A stretch of 51,665 nt of DNA from positions 1 to 51,665 of the forward strand of contig JBHIAG010000003.1 of assembly GCA_046758465.1 (NCBI GenBank). The letters are read 5' to 3'. The translations under genes were made by a program, and so were the position numbers. Source of the stretch: Terriglobia bacterium. Its GTDB lineage: Bacteria; Acidobacteriota; Terriglobia; Acidiferrales; 2-02-FULL-67-57. Positions within the stretch are counted from its first letter, which is position 1; every line of letters begins with the position of its first letter. Positions 9,223-19,621 of the stretch are shown piece by piece. The notes beneath the pieces are model-generated. The model saw nothing but the letters and a program-made list of their open reading frames with translations. It was not told the DNA's origin and searched no databases.

Positions 9223-10491
9223 CTAGCCCGACACGCGCCGGATGCGCGCCCCGACCGCTCTCAGCTTCTCCTCGATGCGCTCGTAACCCCGATCAATGTG
9301 GTAGATGCGGTCGACTACGGTGTGACCATTCGCCACCAGGCCCGCCAGGACCAGCGAAGCGCTGGCGCGCAGGTCGGAGGCGAGGACGTTGGCCCCGCTG
9401 AGCGGCGTCGGGCCCCGCACCACCGCCCGCTGGCCCTCGATGCTGATGTTGGCGCCCATGCGCGCCAACTCCAGGGCGTGCAGAAAGCGGTTCTCGAAGA
9501 TGGTTTCGCGGATGACGGCGGTCCCTTTGGCCTGGGTCATCAACGCCATATACTGTGCCTGCATATCGGTGGGAAAGCCGGGATACTCTTTGCTGGTGAT
9601 GTCGGCCGCCTTCAAAGTAACCGCACTCGCCACCCGCAGGCAGCCGGGCCCCTGCGAGCGCACTCCCACGCCCACCTCCTCCAGCTTGTGCAGCACGGCT
9701 TCCAGGTGTTCGGCCACGCAGTTCGACACTTCGAGTTCGCCGCCGGTGATGGCCGCGGCGACAACGAGCGTGCCGGCTTCAATCCGGTCGGGAATGATGC
9801 GGTGCCTGGCACCGTGCAAGCGTGTGACGCCACGGATGCGGATGCTGGTTGTACCGTCGCCCTCAATCTCGGCCCCCAGCGAGCGCAGCAACGCCGCCAG
9901 GTCGCAGACCTCCGGCTCGCGCGCGGCATTTTCCAGCCGTGTTTCTCCTTCCGCCAGGCAGGCCGCCATCATCAGATTCTCCGTGCCGGTCACGGTGCTT
10001 TTGTCGAATTGGATGTGCGTGCCCTGCAAGCGCCGGGTGCGGGCGTGGATGTAGCCGTGCTCAACACGGATTTCGGCCCCCAGCTTTTCAAGTCCCTTCA
10101 AGTGCAGGTCAATGGGGCGGGCGCCGATCGTGCAGCCGCCCGGGAGTGAGACGCGCGCCTCACCGCAGCGCGCCACCAGCGCTCCCAGAACCAGCACCGA
10201 GGCCCGCATGGTCTTTACCAGCTCGTAGGGAGCTTCGGGCTTGCTGATTGTTTCCGCGCACAGCTCTAGTTCACCGTCCGGCTGTAGTTCCTGCGGGTTG
10301 AGCCGAACACCCATCTGCGCCAGCAGGCGCTTCATCGTAAAGAGATCGCGCACGCGCGGAAGGTTGGTGAGTCGGATGGGTTCGGCCGTCAGCAAGCTGG
10401 CGGCCATGGCCGGCAGCGCCGCGTTTTTGGCGCCGCTGACGGCGACACGGCCGTGCAGCGGCACACCGCCCTCGATGATGAACTTATCCAT
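9223..10491 (-). CDS. murA: UDP-N-acetylglucosamine 1-carboxyvinyltransferase
   Basis: [24 protein letters not shown] (active-site Cys present), [20 protein letters not shown]. Confidence 0.98.
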   Translation of the reverse strand: MDKFIIEGGVPLHGRVAVSGAKNAALPAMAASLLTAEPIRLTNLPRVRDLFTMKRLLAQMGVRLNPQELQPDGELELCAETISKPEAPYELVKTMRASVLVLGALVARCGEARVSLPGGCTIGARPIDLHLKGLEKLGAEIRVEHGYIHARTRRLQGTHIQFDKSTVTGTENLMMAACLAEGETRLENAAREPEVCDLAALLRSLGAEIEGDGTTSIRIRGVTRLHGARHRIIPDRIEAGTLVVAAAITGGELEVSNCVAEHLEAVLHKLEEVGVGVRSQGPGCLRVASAVTLKAADITSKEYPGFPTDMQAQYMALMTQAKGTAVIRETIFENRFLHALELARMGANISIEGQRAVVRGPTPLSGANVLASDLRASASLVLAGLVANGHTVVDRIYHIDRGYERIEEKLRAVGARIRRVSG

Positions 10492-10528
10492 CGCGGCCTA
10501 GGATACTACACCGTGCAAATTCCGCCGG

Positions 10529-11434
10529 CTACTTCTCGCCCAGCGCCCGCCGCACCACGCCGTCGGCGACGCGCAAGCGCCGCTGTGCTTCCACCCGCGT
10601 GCAGCCGAGCTCGCCCATCACGATGGCAACCTTCAGGTTTCCTTGCGAGGCGCGGATGAGCCGCTCGGCAGTCGCCCGGTCGCACCCGACGGCACGCATC
10701 AACACGCGCCGACCACGCGTGCGCAGCTTGCGGTTGCTCATCATCACGTTGACCATTAGGTTGCCGTAGACGTGCCCCAGCCGAACCATGACAGCCGTGC
10801 TCAGCATATTCAGCACCAGCTTTTGCGCTGTCCCTGCCTTCAGGCGGGTCGAGCCGGCAATGACTTCCGGGCCGGTGCGCGGGCAAATCGCGATCGAGGC
10901 CAGGCGCGCCGCTGGGGAAGCAGGGTTGGAGCTTACGGCGATGCTGGCTGTGCGACGCTTGCGGGCGTAGCGGAGTGCGCCGAGGGCGTAGGGCGTGGTG
11001 CCGCTCGCGGTCAGTACCAACACGGCGTCGCGGGCGCTGAGCCGGTGCCGGGCCAGGTCGCGCCGCGCGGCGGCTTCCGAGTCTTCAGCCGCCTCGGCCG
11101 AGCGGAACATCGCACGGCGGCCGCCCGCCAGGATGGCTTCGACACGGCGCGGACTCACGTGAAACGTCGGAGGGATTTCTGCTGCGTCCAAAACCCCGAG
11201 CCGCCCGCTCGTCCCGGCACCGACATAGAAGAGCCGGCCACCCCGCCGGAGCGCTGCCACTGCGACTTCTACCGCCCGGGCAATTTGCGGAATCGTGCGG
11301 GCGACGGCAAGCGGCACCTGACGATCTTCGAAACTGATGAGGCGCAGCAGGCGGCGTGTGGGTAGCCGGTCCAGCCGCGTGCTGCGAGGGTTCGGGCGCT
11401 CGGTGACGGGCAGTTGCGTTGCCGCTCTCTTCAT
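10529..11434 (-). CDS. murQ: N-acetylmuramic acid 6-phosphate etherase
   Basis: TERPNP, GAGTSGRLGVLDAAEIPPTF, GPEVIAGSTRLKAGTAQK, GNLMVNV; start taken at MKRAA. Confidence 0.96.
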   Translation of the reverse strand: MKRAATQLPVTERPNPRSTRLDRLPTRRLLRLISFEDRQVPLAVARTIPQIARAVEVAVAALRRGGRLFYVGAGTSGRLGVLDAAEIPPTFHVSPRRVEAILAGGRRAMFRSAEAAEDSEAAARRDLARHRLSARDAVLVLTASGTTPYALGALRYARKRRTASIAVSSNPASPAARLASIAICPRTGPEVIAGSTRLKAGTAQKLVLNMLSTAVMVRLGHVYGNLMVNVMMSNRKLRTRGRRVLMRAVGCDRATAERLIRASQGNLKVAIVMGELGCTRVEAQRRLRVADGVVRRALGEK

Positions 11435-11460
11435 CCGAACCGCTCCCATGCACGCCGCCC

Positions 11461-14373
11461 TCAACGGTTGGCTGCGTTCCTGCTGGCCAGGCCCAGGGCT
11501 TCGATGACGGCGTCGTGGAGGCGAGGACGAAACTGGCGGATTTTTTCATTCGCGCGCGTGGGGTGGACGCGATTGGTCAGCAGAACTACAAAGAGTTGCT
11601 TCTCGGGGTCGATCCAGATGGAGGTGCCGGTAAAGCCGGTATGGCCGAAGGCATGCGGGGAGAGGTAGCGGCCGCCGGAGGAAGTTTCCGAAGGTCTATC
11701 CCAGCCGAGCGCGCGGCTGGAGTCGGGGATGGGCTGCCGCGAGGTAAACAACTCGATGGTTTCGCGCGTGAGGAAGCGTCGATGGGCGTAGATGCCACCG
11801 TTCAGAAGCATCTGGCAGAAGACCGCCAGGTCGCGCGCAGTGGAAAACAGTCCCGCGTGCCCTGCCACCCCGCCCAGCACCCAGGCGTTCTCGTCGTGCA
11901 CCTCACCGCGGATGAGCCGGTGGCGAAACTCGCGGTCTTCCTCGGTGGGAGCAATGCGGCCCCGCAGCCTGCGCGGCGGGTTGAACTGCGTCTCCCTCAT
12001 CCCGAGTGGCCCGAAAAGGTTCTCCTGCAGAAACTCATCCAGGCGCTGGCCGCTCACCCGTTCGATGGCTTCGCTCAGCAAGATGATACCGAGGTCGCTG
12101 TAGAGGGTGCGTGTGCCGGGTTCGTATTCGAGCGGTGTCGAATAGACCCGCTCCAGCAACGCCGCGCGCGTGTCGACCTCGAGAAAAAACTGTACGTAGC
12201 TGGGCAGACCACTCGCATGCGAGAGCAGATGCCGAATCTCGACGCGCGACTTCGCCTCGGCTTGTGGCCCGGCGGTAAACTCGGGGACGTAGCGCGCGAC
12301 CCGGGCGTCGAGCGGCAGGCGTTCCTGCTCGGAGAGCATCATGGTTGCGGTCGTGGTGCCAACAACTTTAGTCAGCGAGGCAAGATCGTAGAGCGTGTCA
12401 GCGCGAACAGCGCCGGCATCGTCATCGTAGCTGAGCTGCCCTACCGCCTTCAGCGCCACCAGCCGCCCCTGGTGGCCCACCGCCAACACCCCGCCGGGGA
12501 ACACCCCGCTGGCGACACCCTCTTCCAAGAGCTGATATACGCGGGCGAAGCGGGAGTCATCGTTGTTGGCGGGCTCGAGTTTCATGGCATCGGCCGGCCG
12601 CTCAAGTCCGGTGTTGCGAGCGGCAGTGTTTGGAATCGTCACCGGCAGCTTGCCAGCGATCGCCACCTGACCGAAGAGCGCCCGGATGGCAGCGCGTTCG
12701 GCGATCCGGGCCGTGCTAAAGGTGCAGAGCACGGTCCGGGCCTGCGGGAAGTGTTCGACAAAGTAGGGACTGCCGAGCACGATGAGGATGGCGGGTTTGC
12801 CGGTATTGAGCACCTTCTCGACCAGCGCAGCTTGCTCGCGCGGCAGGCCGATGGTGCCCTTGCGGCTGGCCACACGCACGAACACCGCCACCACCACCCA
12901 GTCGTAGGTGGAGGGAGCGGGCAGCACAACCTCTTTCGGTTTGAAGTAGAGTTGGTCGCTGCGCGCCACCTCCAGCGAGTCCACGCGCCACTTGAGTTCG
13001 TCCTCCAGGAGCCGGCCGGGGTAGGGGGCCGGGTCAGACGAAACCACGAGCAAAAAGCCGTGCTGCGGGTGCGTGGCGTCCAGCGGCACCACGCCAGCGG
13101 CGTCGCGCACCAGCACGACGCCGGCGTCGGCGACCTCCTGCGCGCGGCTCAGGTGTTCCAGGGTAGCGACGCGCTCGTCAATCTCGTCAATCTTGATGAA
13201 CCGCTGCCGGTGCAAGCCTAGGCGAGCCTTGGCGCGGAGAATGCGCTTGACAGAAGCGTCAATCCGTTCTTCGCTGAGCCGCCCTGTGGCCACCGCACGG
13301 CGCAAGGCGTCGAAGGCGACGCGGGGCTCGGGCGACATCAGCACCATGTCGGCACCCGCTTCCACCGCCTGCACCGCGGCTTCCCCGGGCCAGTAGTTGA
13401 GGGCAATGGCATCCATCGTCATCGCATCGGTGACGATGAGCCCCTCGAAGCCCAGTTCCTCGCGCAGCAACTCGGTGGTGACGGCGTGCGAGAAGGTCAC
13501 CGGCCGGGTGGGGTCGGGTTCCAGTGCCGGGACGCTGATGTGCGTGGTCATCACGGCACTGACACCCGCGTCAATGGCGGCGCGAAAGGGCACGAGTTCC
13601 ACCGCGTTGAATCGCTCACGGCTGGCGGCTAGGTGGGCCAGGACCATGTGCGGGTCCTGCGTCAAGTCGCCCGCGCCGGGGAAGTGCTTGGCCGTCGCCA
13701 GCACGCCGCTCCCCTCGCAGCCGCGCACGAACGCGGCCACCAGCGCCGCTACCTCGTCCGGATCCTCGCCGAAGGAACGGATGTTGATGATTGGATTCAG
13801 GGGATTGTTGTTGACGTCCGCGACCGGCGCGAATATCCAGTGCACCCCCAGGGCTTTGGCCTCGGCTGCGGCGATACGGCCCATCTGCTCGGCAAACTCG
13901 ACTTTGCCAGCTGCGCCGACGGTCATGTTGTGGGGAAAGCCGGTGGCGTTGCGGATGCGAAAGCCGGCGGTGCGTTCAAAGTCGGCGCTGACAAGCAGAG
14001 GGATGCGGGCCCGGCGCTGCAGGCGGTTGGTCAGGTTTGCATGCGCGTAGATTTCGCTCAACGCGAAGCCAGCCGGTCGGTGTCGCCGTGTGGAGACGAT
14101 CAGCCCGCCTACGTGCAGCTCTTCGACCTGCCGCACCAGCCGCGCAAACGTTTCGCTGTCGCGGCTCGCGTAGGCGCCGTGGTAGCCGACCATCAAGAGT
14201 TGGCCGATCTTCTCCTCCAGTGTCATCCGCTTGAGCGTGCGCCGCACCCAGCGTTCAGCGCTCCGCGGCAGCTCGCTACGCCCAACGGCAACGACGAGCG
14301 GAACGTGCCACCCTGAGAGGAAGATAAGCAGTCCGGCAAGCCAGGGGAGCCGAGGATGCGGGTGGGGTTTCAC
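11461..14373 (-). CDS. Secreted GH3 beta-N-acetylglucosaminidase (NagZ-like) fused to a beta-lactamase-fold serine hydrolase (AmiE-like)
   Basis: Signal peptide; GH3 motifs APVADVN, RSFGED, KHFPGxG..D.H and VTDAM; C-terminal SLTK (SxxK), YSD, HDEN, GHAGLFS and HTGFTG. Confidence 0.9.
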   Translation of the reverse strand: MKPHPHPRLPWLAGLLIFLSGWHVPLVVAVGRSELPRSAERWVRRTLKRMTLEEKIGQLLMVGYHGAYASRDSETFARLVRQVEELHVGGLIVSTRRHRPAGFALSEIYAHANLTNRLQRRARIPLLVSADFERTAGFRIRNATGFPHNMTVGAAGKVEFAEQMGRIAAAEAKALGVHWIFAPVADVNNNPLNPIINIRSFGEDPDEVAALVAAFVRGCEGSGVLATAKHFPGAGDLTQDPHMVLAHLAASRERFNAVELVPFRAAIDAGVSAVMTTHISVPALEPDPTRPVTFSHAVTTELLREELGFEGLIVTDAMTMDAIALNYWPGEAAVQAVEAGADMVLMSPEPRVAFDALRRAVATGRLSEERIDASVKRILRAKARLGLHRQRFIKIDEIDERVATLEHLSRAQEVADAGVVLVRDAAGVVPLDATHPQHGFLLVVSSDPAPYPGRLLEDELKWRVDSLEVARSDQLYFKPKEVVLPAPSTYDWVVVAVFVRVASRKGTIGLPREQAALVEKVLNTGKPAILIVLGSPYFVEHFPQARTVLCTFSTARIAERAAIRALFGQVAIAGKLPVTIPNTAARNTGLERPADAMKLEPANNDDSRFARVYQLLEEGVASGVFPGGVLAVGHQGRLVALKAVGQLSYDDDAGAVRADTLYDLASLTKVVGTTTATMMLSEQERLPLDARVARYVPEFTAGPQAEAKSRVEIRHLLSHASGLPSYVQFFLEVDTRAALLERVYSTPLEYEPGTRTLYSDLGIILLSEAIERVSGQRLDEFLQENLFGPLGMRETQFNPPRRLRGRIAPTEEDREFRHRLIRGEVHDENAWVLGGVAGHAGLFSTARDLAVFCQMLLNGGIYAHRRFLTRETIELFTSRQPIPDSSRALGWDRPSETSSGGRYLSPHAFGHTGFTGTSIWIDPEKQLFVVLLTNRVHPTRANEKIRQFRPRLHDAVIEALGLASRNAANR

Positions 14374-14443
14374 TGTGGCCGAATCTGACCTCGCGTCCGC
14401 TTCGTCATTGACCCGTGCGAGTCACCTGTGTATATAGCACACG

Positions 14444-15697
14444 GTGATTCAGCTTCCAAGAATCTCACACATTGTTCTTCTTCTGCTGCTGATCTCGGTG
14501 GCGCTTGCCTTGCCGGGGAAAGCCCGCCAGGAGACGGTACTGGCCGGTATTGACGTACTGCTGGCGGACAATTTTGCGCCACTCGCCGGTAAACGCATTG
14601 GGCTCATCACTAATCATACCGGGCGGACGCGCGCTGGCGAGTCAACCATCGACGTACTGGTACGTGCCCCCGGCGTGCACCTCGTGGCCCTGTTTGCCCC
14701 CGAGCACGGCTTGCGGGGCACCATCGAAAACGCCCCGGTGCCAAGCGGACGCGATGCCCGCACCGGCCTGCCTGTTTATAGCCTCTACGGCGCAACCCGG
14801 CGTCCGACTGACGCCGTGCTGGCTGGCCTCGACGTGCTCGTCTTCGACATTCAGGACGCGGGCGTGCGCTTCTATACCTACATCACCACCATGGGCTATG
14901 CGCTGGAAGAGGCGGCCCGGCACAAGGTTGCCTTCTTTGTCCTCGACCGGCCGAACCCTCTGGGCGGCCTCGCTGTCCAGGGGCCGCTGCTCGATGCCGA
15001 CCGGCTCTCTTTTGAGGGCTACTTCCCCCTGCCCATCCGCCACGGGATGACGGTGGGCGAATTGGCTCGGATGTTCAACCGCGAAAACCGCCTCGATGCC
15101 GAACTCACCGTCGTGCCCATGCGCGGCTGGCGGCGCGCGCTCTGGTTCGACCAGACCGGCTGGGCCTGGGTGCGCCCTTCGCCCAACCTGCGCAGCCTCG
15201 CCGGGGCAACACCCTACCCGGCGGTCGAATTGCTCCGCGCCGGCGGCGTGTCAGTGGGCCGCGGCACGCCGAGCCCGTTTGAGCTGTTTGGAGCCCCATG
15301 GATCCGCAGTCGCGAGTTGCAGAACTACCTCGAAGCGCGCCGCATTCCCGGCCTCCGCTTCGAACCGATGAGCTTCCGCCCCACCGCCGATGTGCACGCG
15401 GGCCAACTCTGCCACGGCCTCCGCCTGCGCGTCACCGACCGCAACCGGCTTGACATCGGCCGGCTCGGGGTCGAACTGCTGAGCGCCTTGTGGCGCCTCT
15501 ACCCGGATGACTTCCGGCTGGAGAAGACCATCCGCCTGCTCGGCTCGCAGAAGACCTTGGAGCGCATCCGCGTCGGCGACGATCCGGAGGCGATTGTCGC
15601 AGGCTGGCAGGCGGAGCTGGAAGCCTTCAAAAAAATGCGCGGCCAGTATCTCCTCTACGACTGTTCGGGCCCGCCACGCCGGCGCCACACCAGATAG
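14444..15697 (+). CDS. namZ: Exo-beta-N-acetylmuramidase, DUF1343/NamZ family
   Basis: Signal peptide, ITNHTG, FAPEHG, DIQDAGVRFYTY, DRPNP, HGMTVGE, PSPN, GRGT. Confidence 0.9.
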   Translation: MIQLPRISHIVLLLLLISVALALPGKARQETVLAGIDVLLADNFAPLAGKRIGLITNHTGRTRAGESTIDVLVRAPGVHLVALFAPEHGLRGTIENAPVPSGRDARTGLPVYSLYGATRRPTDAVLAGLDVLVFDIQDAGVRFYTYITTMGYALEEAARHKVAFFVLDRPNPLGGLAVQGPLLDADRLSFEGYFPLPIRHGMTVGELARMFNRENRLDAELTVVPMRGWRRALWFDQTGWAWVRPSPNLRSLAGATPYPAVELLRAGGVSVGRGTPSPFELFGAPWIRSRELQNYLEARRIPGLRFEPMSFRPTADVHAGQLCHGLRLRVTDRNRLDIGRLGVELLSALWRLYPDDFRLEKTIRLLGSQKTLERIRVGDDPEAIVAGWQAELEAFKKMRGQYLLYDCSGPPRRRHTR

Positions 15698-17085
15698 AAC
15701 GGCAGTCCGGCGGCCAGGAACAGCAAGCCTACGCCGGTCTCCACAGGCTTGCTGAACAGGATGTTTAGGCAAAACACTATTGCCACCGCAACGAAGATGC
15801 CCGGCACCCAGGGATAGCCCAGGGTGCGGTAGGGGCGCGGCAGGTCGGGCTCTTTGTGCCGGAGCACGAACACCGAAGCCGTCGCCATCCCGTAGAAGAT
15901 CCACAGCCCAAAGATGGTGAACGTGAACAGGATTTCGAAAGGGTCACGGCGCTCACCAAAAACAGCATAGATAATATCGGACAAAACACCAGAGATGAGG
16001 ACGAGCACGCAGGAGAGGACACATTGTAGCAGCAAGCCCTTGGCGGGGGTGCGGTGCACGGGGTGGACGTCGGCCAGGTGGCGGAAGAACAGGCGGTCGC
16101 GGGCCATGGCATAGGGGACGCGAGCCCCGCTGAGGATGGCACCGTTCAGCGTTGCGAAGGTGGAAATCAGAGCGCCCACGGTGATGGCCGCCCCGCCCCA
16201 CTCGCCTAGGAAAGTGCGGGCCACGTCCTGCGCCACCCGCTCGGAGCCTTGCACCGCTGCGAGGGGCAGCACGTAGAAATAGACCGCGTTGGCCAGCATA
16301 TACACGAGGCCCACGCCCAGCACGCCGAAGATGAGCGCCCGCGGGATGTTGCGCTCCGGGTCCCGCACCTCCTCCCCAACCATGGTCAAGTTGTTCCAGC
16401 CATCGTAGGCCCACAGCGCTGCCACCAGCGCTACGCCGAAGGCGCTCAGGGTGCCGGCGCCGCGCGGTGCAGCAAAAAAAGGCGAGAAGTGCGACCACTC
16501 GCCTCCGCCCACGGCAAACCCCAGCGCCACCAGGGCGAGGAGGGCGGCTACCTTCAAGACCGTAAAAACGGTTTGGACGGTGCCGCCCACGATGATCCCC
16601 AGGTAGTTGATCACCGTGAGCCCGATGATGGCCGCGAGCGAAATGACCTGCGCGCCGGTAAGTGACCAGGTCGCAAGGCCCAGCGGTAGCCGCAGCATCT
16701 CCTGGTTCAGGGCGCCGGAGAAGTAGCCCAGGAAAACGGCGAAAGCGGTGGCGATGGTGGCGATGGAGCCGGTCTTGCCGATGACAAACTGTTCCCAGCC
16801 GTAGAGGAAACCCCAGAGCGGGCCGTAGGCGCGGCGCAGGAAGACGTACTCGCCGCCAGCGTACGGCAGGGCGGCACCCAGCTCGGCGTAGCTCAGCGCG
16901 CCGGCCAACGACAGCAGTCCTCCCACAACCCAAACAGCGAAAACCAGTCCCACCGAGTCCACCTGGCGGGCGATGGCTGAGGGCACCAGAAAGATGCCGG
17001 TGCCAATGATGGTCCCGGCCACAATCGAGGTGGACCCGATCAGGCCCAACCCGCGCACAAGCTGTGGCCGGGGTGTAGTGCTCAT
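15655..17085 (-). CDS. APC-family amino acid/peptide permease
   Basis: IIGTGIF, YAELG, AGGEY, WAYDGW, RPYR..GYP. The true start is MSTTPR at 17085, overlapping the SSS stop; the longer ORF-track start is spurious. Confidence 0.9.
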   Translation of the reverse strand: MSTTPRPQLVRGLGLIGSTSIVAGTIIGTGIFLVPSAIARQVDSVGLVFAVWVVGGLLSLAGALSYAELGAALPYAGGEYVFLRRAYGPLWGFLYGWEQFVIGKTGSIATIATAFAVFLGYFSGALNQEMLRLPLGLATWSLTGAQVISLAAIIGLTVINYLGIIVGGTVQTVFTVLKVAALLALVALGFAVGGGEWSHFSPFFAAPRGAGTLSAFGVALVAALWAYDGWNNLTMVGEEVRDPERNIPRALIFGVLGVGLVYMLANAVYFYVLPLAAVQGSERVAQDVARTFLGEWGGAAITVGALISTFATLNGAILSGARVPYAMARDRLFFRHLADVHPVHRTPAKGLLLQCVLSCVLVLISGVLSDIIYAVFGERRDPFEILFTFTIFGLWIFYGMATASVFVLRHKEPDLPRPYRTLGYPWVPGIFVAVAIVFCLNILFSKPVETGVGLLFLAAGLPFYLVWRRRGGPEQS

Positions 17086-18554
17086 GGTGTCCTTCCCTTT
17101 GCCGCTAGCACGCGGCTGGCCACGTAGCCCACCGCGAACGTTGTCATCGTCCCGATCAGCACGTACCAGGTCCACGCCACCGCAGTGAAAAATTTGACGG
17201 CGAGCATGCTCGCCAGCCCCACGAGCATACCAGTAGCTGCACCCGTCGGTGTGGCGCGCGGTGCCAGCCGCCCCAAGAGGAAGAGTCCCAGCATTGCTCC
17301 GTACGCAATCGATGCGATTTGCAAGGCGTTTTCCAGCACAGACTTCTCCCACCGACTCGCCCAAAGAGCCAGCCCAATCAGCACGGCCCCCCACATGAGG
17401 GTGACGAGGCGCGACCGCCTCAACACAGTGGCTTTGTCGCCCCACCGCTCCACCAAGCCGAAATCGAGAACCGTGGAGGCAGCTAGCGAATTTAAGGTTG
17501 AACTCGAAGTGGACATCGCTGCAGCCAACACCGCTGCCACCAGCAGCCCAGAAAATCCCGTAGGGAGGTACGTAACCATATAGGTGGGGAAAATCTTGTC
17601 GCTGTCGCCGAACGACTGTGGCGGTAGCACGTGTGTATAGAAGACGTACAGGAGGACGCCAACAATTAGGAAAAGTAGGAACTGGGCAAAAACGATGAAG
17701 CCGCTGGCGATCAGCGCCCGCTGGCTGTCGCGCAGATTCCGGGCCGCCAGCAGCCGCTGCACCATCAACTGGTCGGTGCCGTGACTGGCCAGAGTGAGAA
17801 AGCTGCCCCCCAGCATACCCGCCCAAAAGGTGTAACTCTTAGTCCAGGCAAACGAGAAGTCGAACAGTGTGAATTTGTCGCCGGCCTCGGCAACGACTGT
17901 GGCCCAGCCGCCGGGTATCTGGTGGAGAAGGCTCCAGAGCGCGATGGCGCCGCCGCCTACATAGAGAGTGAACTGCAAGACGTCGGTCCAGATGACGGCT
18001 TTTATGCCACCCAGGTAGGTATAGATGAGTGTGAAAGCCATCACGACCACCACCGCGGTCAGTTCGCCCACCGGCAAGGTTTCGCCGGTGTAAAGGCTCA
18101 GCACCCGCGGCAGCAGCAGTTGCACCACGATGGCGATGGCCCAGATGCGCACCCCGTCGGCCAGCGCTCGCGTCACCAGGAAAAGGCTGGCGGCCAGGCG
18201 ACGCGTGAGCGGGCCGAAGCGGTGCTCGATGTATTGGTAAACAGTGTAGAGCTGCCCGCGGAAGTACTGGGGGAGCAGCAAAAAACTGATGACGAAGCGG
18301 GCCACGATGTAGCCCAAAACCAGTTGCAGAAAGGTAAGGTTGCTGCCATAGGCCAGCGCCGGAGTGCCAATGATCGTCAGGGTGGAAGTTTCGGTGGCGA
18401 CAATCGAGAGACAGATGGCCCACCAGGCCGTGGTGCCGCCCCCGAGGAAATAATCGTGGATGGTGTGCTGACGTCGCCGGAAGTAAGCGCCTAGGGCGGT
18501 GACGCCGACCAGGTAGGCGATGACGATGGCCAGATCGACGTGTCCAAAACCCAC
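17082..18554 (-). CDS. Sodium:solute symporter (SSS), probably for amino sugars
   Basis: DYFLGG, SIVATETS, GGIKAVIWTD, GTDQLMVQR, AAAMST; GTG start at 18554 after GGAG. Confidence 0.9.
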   Translation of the reverse strand: MGFGHVDLAIVIAYLVGVTALGAYFRRRQHTIHDYFLGGGTTAWWAICLSIVATETSTLTIIGTPALAYGSNLTFLQLVLGYIVARFVISFLLLPQYFRGQLYTVYQYIEHRFGPLTRRLAASLFLVTRALADGVRIWAIAIVVQLLLPRVLSLYTGETLPVGELTAVVVVMAFTLIYTYLGGIKAVIWTDVLQFTLYVGGGAIALWSLLHQIPGGWATVVAEAGDKFTLFDFSFAWTKSYTFWAGMLGGSFLTLASHGTDQLMVQRLLAARNLRDSQRALIASGFIVFAQFLLFLIVGVLLYVFYTHVLPPQSFGDSDKIFPTYMVTYLPTGFSGLLVAAVLAAAMSTSSSTLNSLAASTVLDFGLVERWGDKATVLRRSRLVTLMWGAVLIGLALWASRWEKSVLENALQIASIAYGAMLGLFLLGRLAPRATPTGAATGMLVGLASMLAVKFFTAVAWTWYVLIGTMTTFAVGYVASRVLAAKGRTP

Positions 18555-18667
18555 AACGTCTCCGCAGTGTGCTCCAGTGCGGGCGAGTGTAGCCAAAGCG
18601 CCCCAGCCGGGCAAGCCTGCCGCAGGCAGGCAAGTTGGCTGTGCTATGCTAAGGCTAACGCAGGCGA

Positions 18668-19621
18668 TTGAGCGTGAGCTTTTTTCTCGGAATCGATGCG
18701 GGCGGCAGCAAAACGGAATGCGTGCTGGCCGACGCCAGCGGTGCGGTACTCGCTCACGGTACCGGCGGGCCTGCCAACCTCCGCCGAACGCCTCTTGCCA
18801 CATTGCAGAACTCTCTGGAGACGGCGGTTGCGGACGCACTGCGCAATGCCGGCCTGCGTAGGGCCAACTTCGAAGCCGTCTGCGCGGGTTTTGCCGGAGC
18901 CGGCCAGGTGGAGGCCCGCCAAACGGCCCGCCAAATTCTCCTCCAGCTTACTTCCCCGCGGTATCTGTTCATCGTGGGCGATATGGAAGTCGCACTCGAA
19001 GCGGCGGTGGGCGCGGGCCGCGGTGTTGTCGTCCTTGCCGGAACCGGCTCAATCGCCTACGGCCGCAACGACCTCGGCCAACAGGCTCGCGCCGGCGGTC
19101 AGGGCCCGAAGGGGAGTGATGAGGGCAGCGCCTTCGACATCGGCCGCCGCGCCCTGGAAGCCGTCCTCGGCGTGCACGAGAACCATGAGGGTATGGTTCC
19201 CTTGGAAACTGCTCTGCGCGAACACCTCAAGTTGCCCGCTCGGCGCGCACTAGCCGGGCTTCTGGCCGACCCGGAGGCCAGTGTGCGCCTGGCGGCTTTG
19301 CTGCCGGTAGTTGTTGAGGTCGCACGGCGCGGGGATCTGGTTGCCCAAAACATTCTGTTCACTGCCGGCGACGCCCTGGCGCAACTCACCCGGCGGGTGC
19401 TGCACGCCTTGCACCTGGAGGCCACGCCCACCCGTATCGCGACCTGCGGTGGGGTCTTTACGGCGAGCCAGGAAGTTTCCCAGCGTGTCCAGCACCGCTT
19501 GCGCACGTGGGCGCCGCAGGCGCAGGTCGAACCGCTCACCACCGCCCCGGCCGAAGGCGCTGTTCGCCTCGCGCAGCGCCTGTGGTTGCAGCCGGGCGTG
19601 GGCCGTCAGGTAGGCTCCTGA
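18668..19621 (+). CDS. BadF/BadG/BcrA/BcrD-family GlcNAc/MurNAc kinase (MurK-like)
   Basis: LGIDAGGSKT, GPAN, GFAG, AGTGSIA, DEGSA, GGVF; divergent from the SSS gene in the mur cluster. Confidence 0.8.
   Translation: MSVSFFLGIDAGGSKTECVLADASGAVLAHGTGGPANLRRTPLATLQNSLETAVADALRNAGLRRANFEAVCAGFAGAGQVEARQTARQILLQLTSPRYLFIVGDMEVALEAAVGAGRGVVVLAGTGSIAYGRNDLGQQARAGGQGPKGSDEGSAFDIGRRALEAVLGVHENHEGMVPLETALREHLKLPARRALAGLLADPEASVRLAALLPVVVEVARRGDLVAQNILFTAGDALAQLTRRVLHALHLEATPTRIATCGGVFTASQEVSQRVQHRLRTWAPQAQVEPLTTAPAEGAVRLAQRLWLQPGVGRQVGS

Noticed and set aside
11419-13221. 600-aa plus-strand ORF, and similar long antisense ORFs at 4913-5911, 9148-10149 and 39542-40717
   Set aside because: Shadows of well-supported genes on the opposite strand in GC-rich DNA; no motifs.
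15655-15697. 43-bp convergent overlap of the namZ and APC permease 3' ends
   Set aside because: Non-conserved tail extension past the usual YLLY end of NamZ; common in GC-rich genomes.
17086-17826. N-terminal extension of the APC permease; likewise the extensions of smc (27729-28085), SSS (18555-18839), lsrF (37110-37301) and yraN (31837-32055)
   Set aside because: They overlap neighbouring genes or promoters; family homology and RBS point to internal starts.
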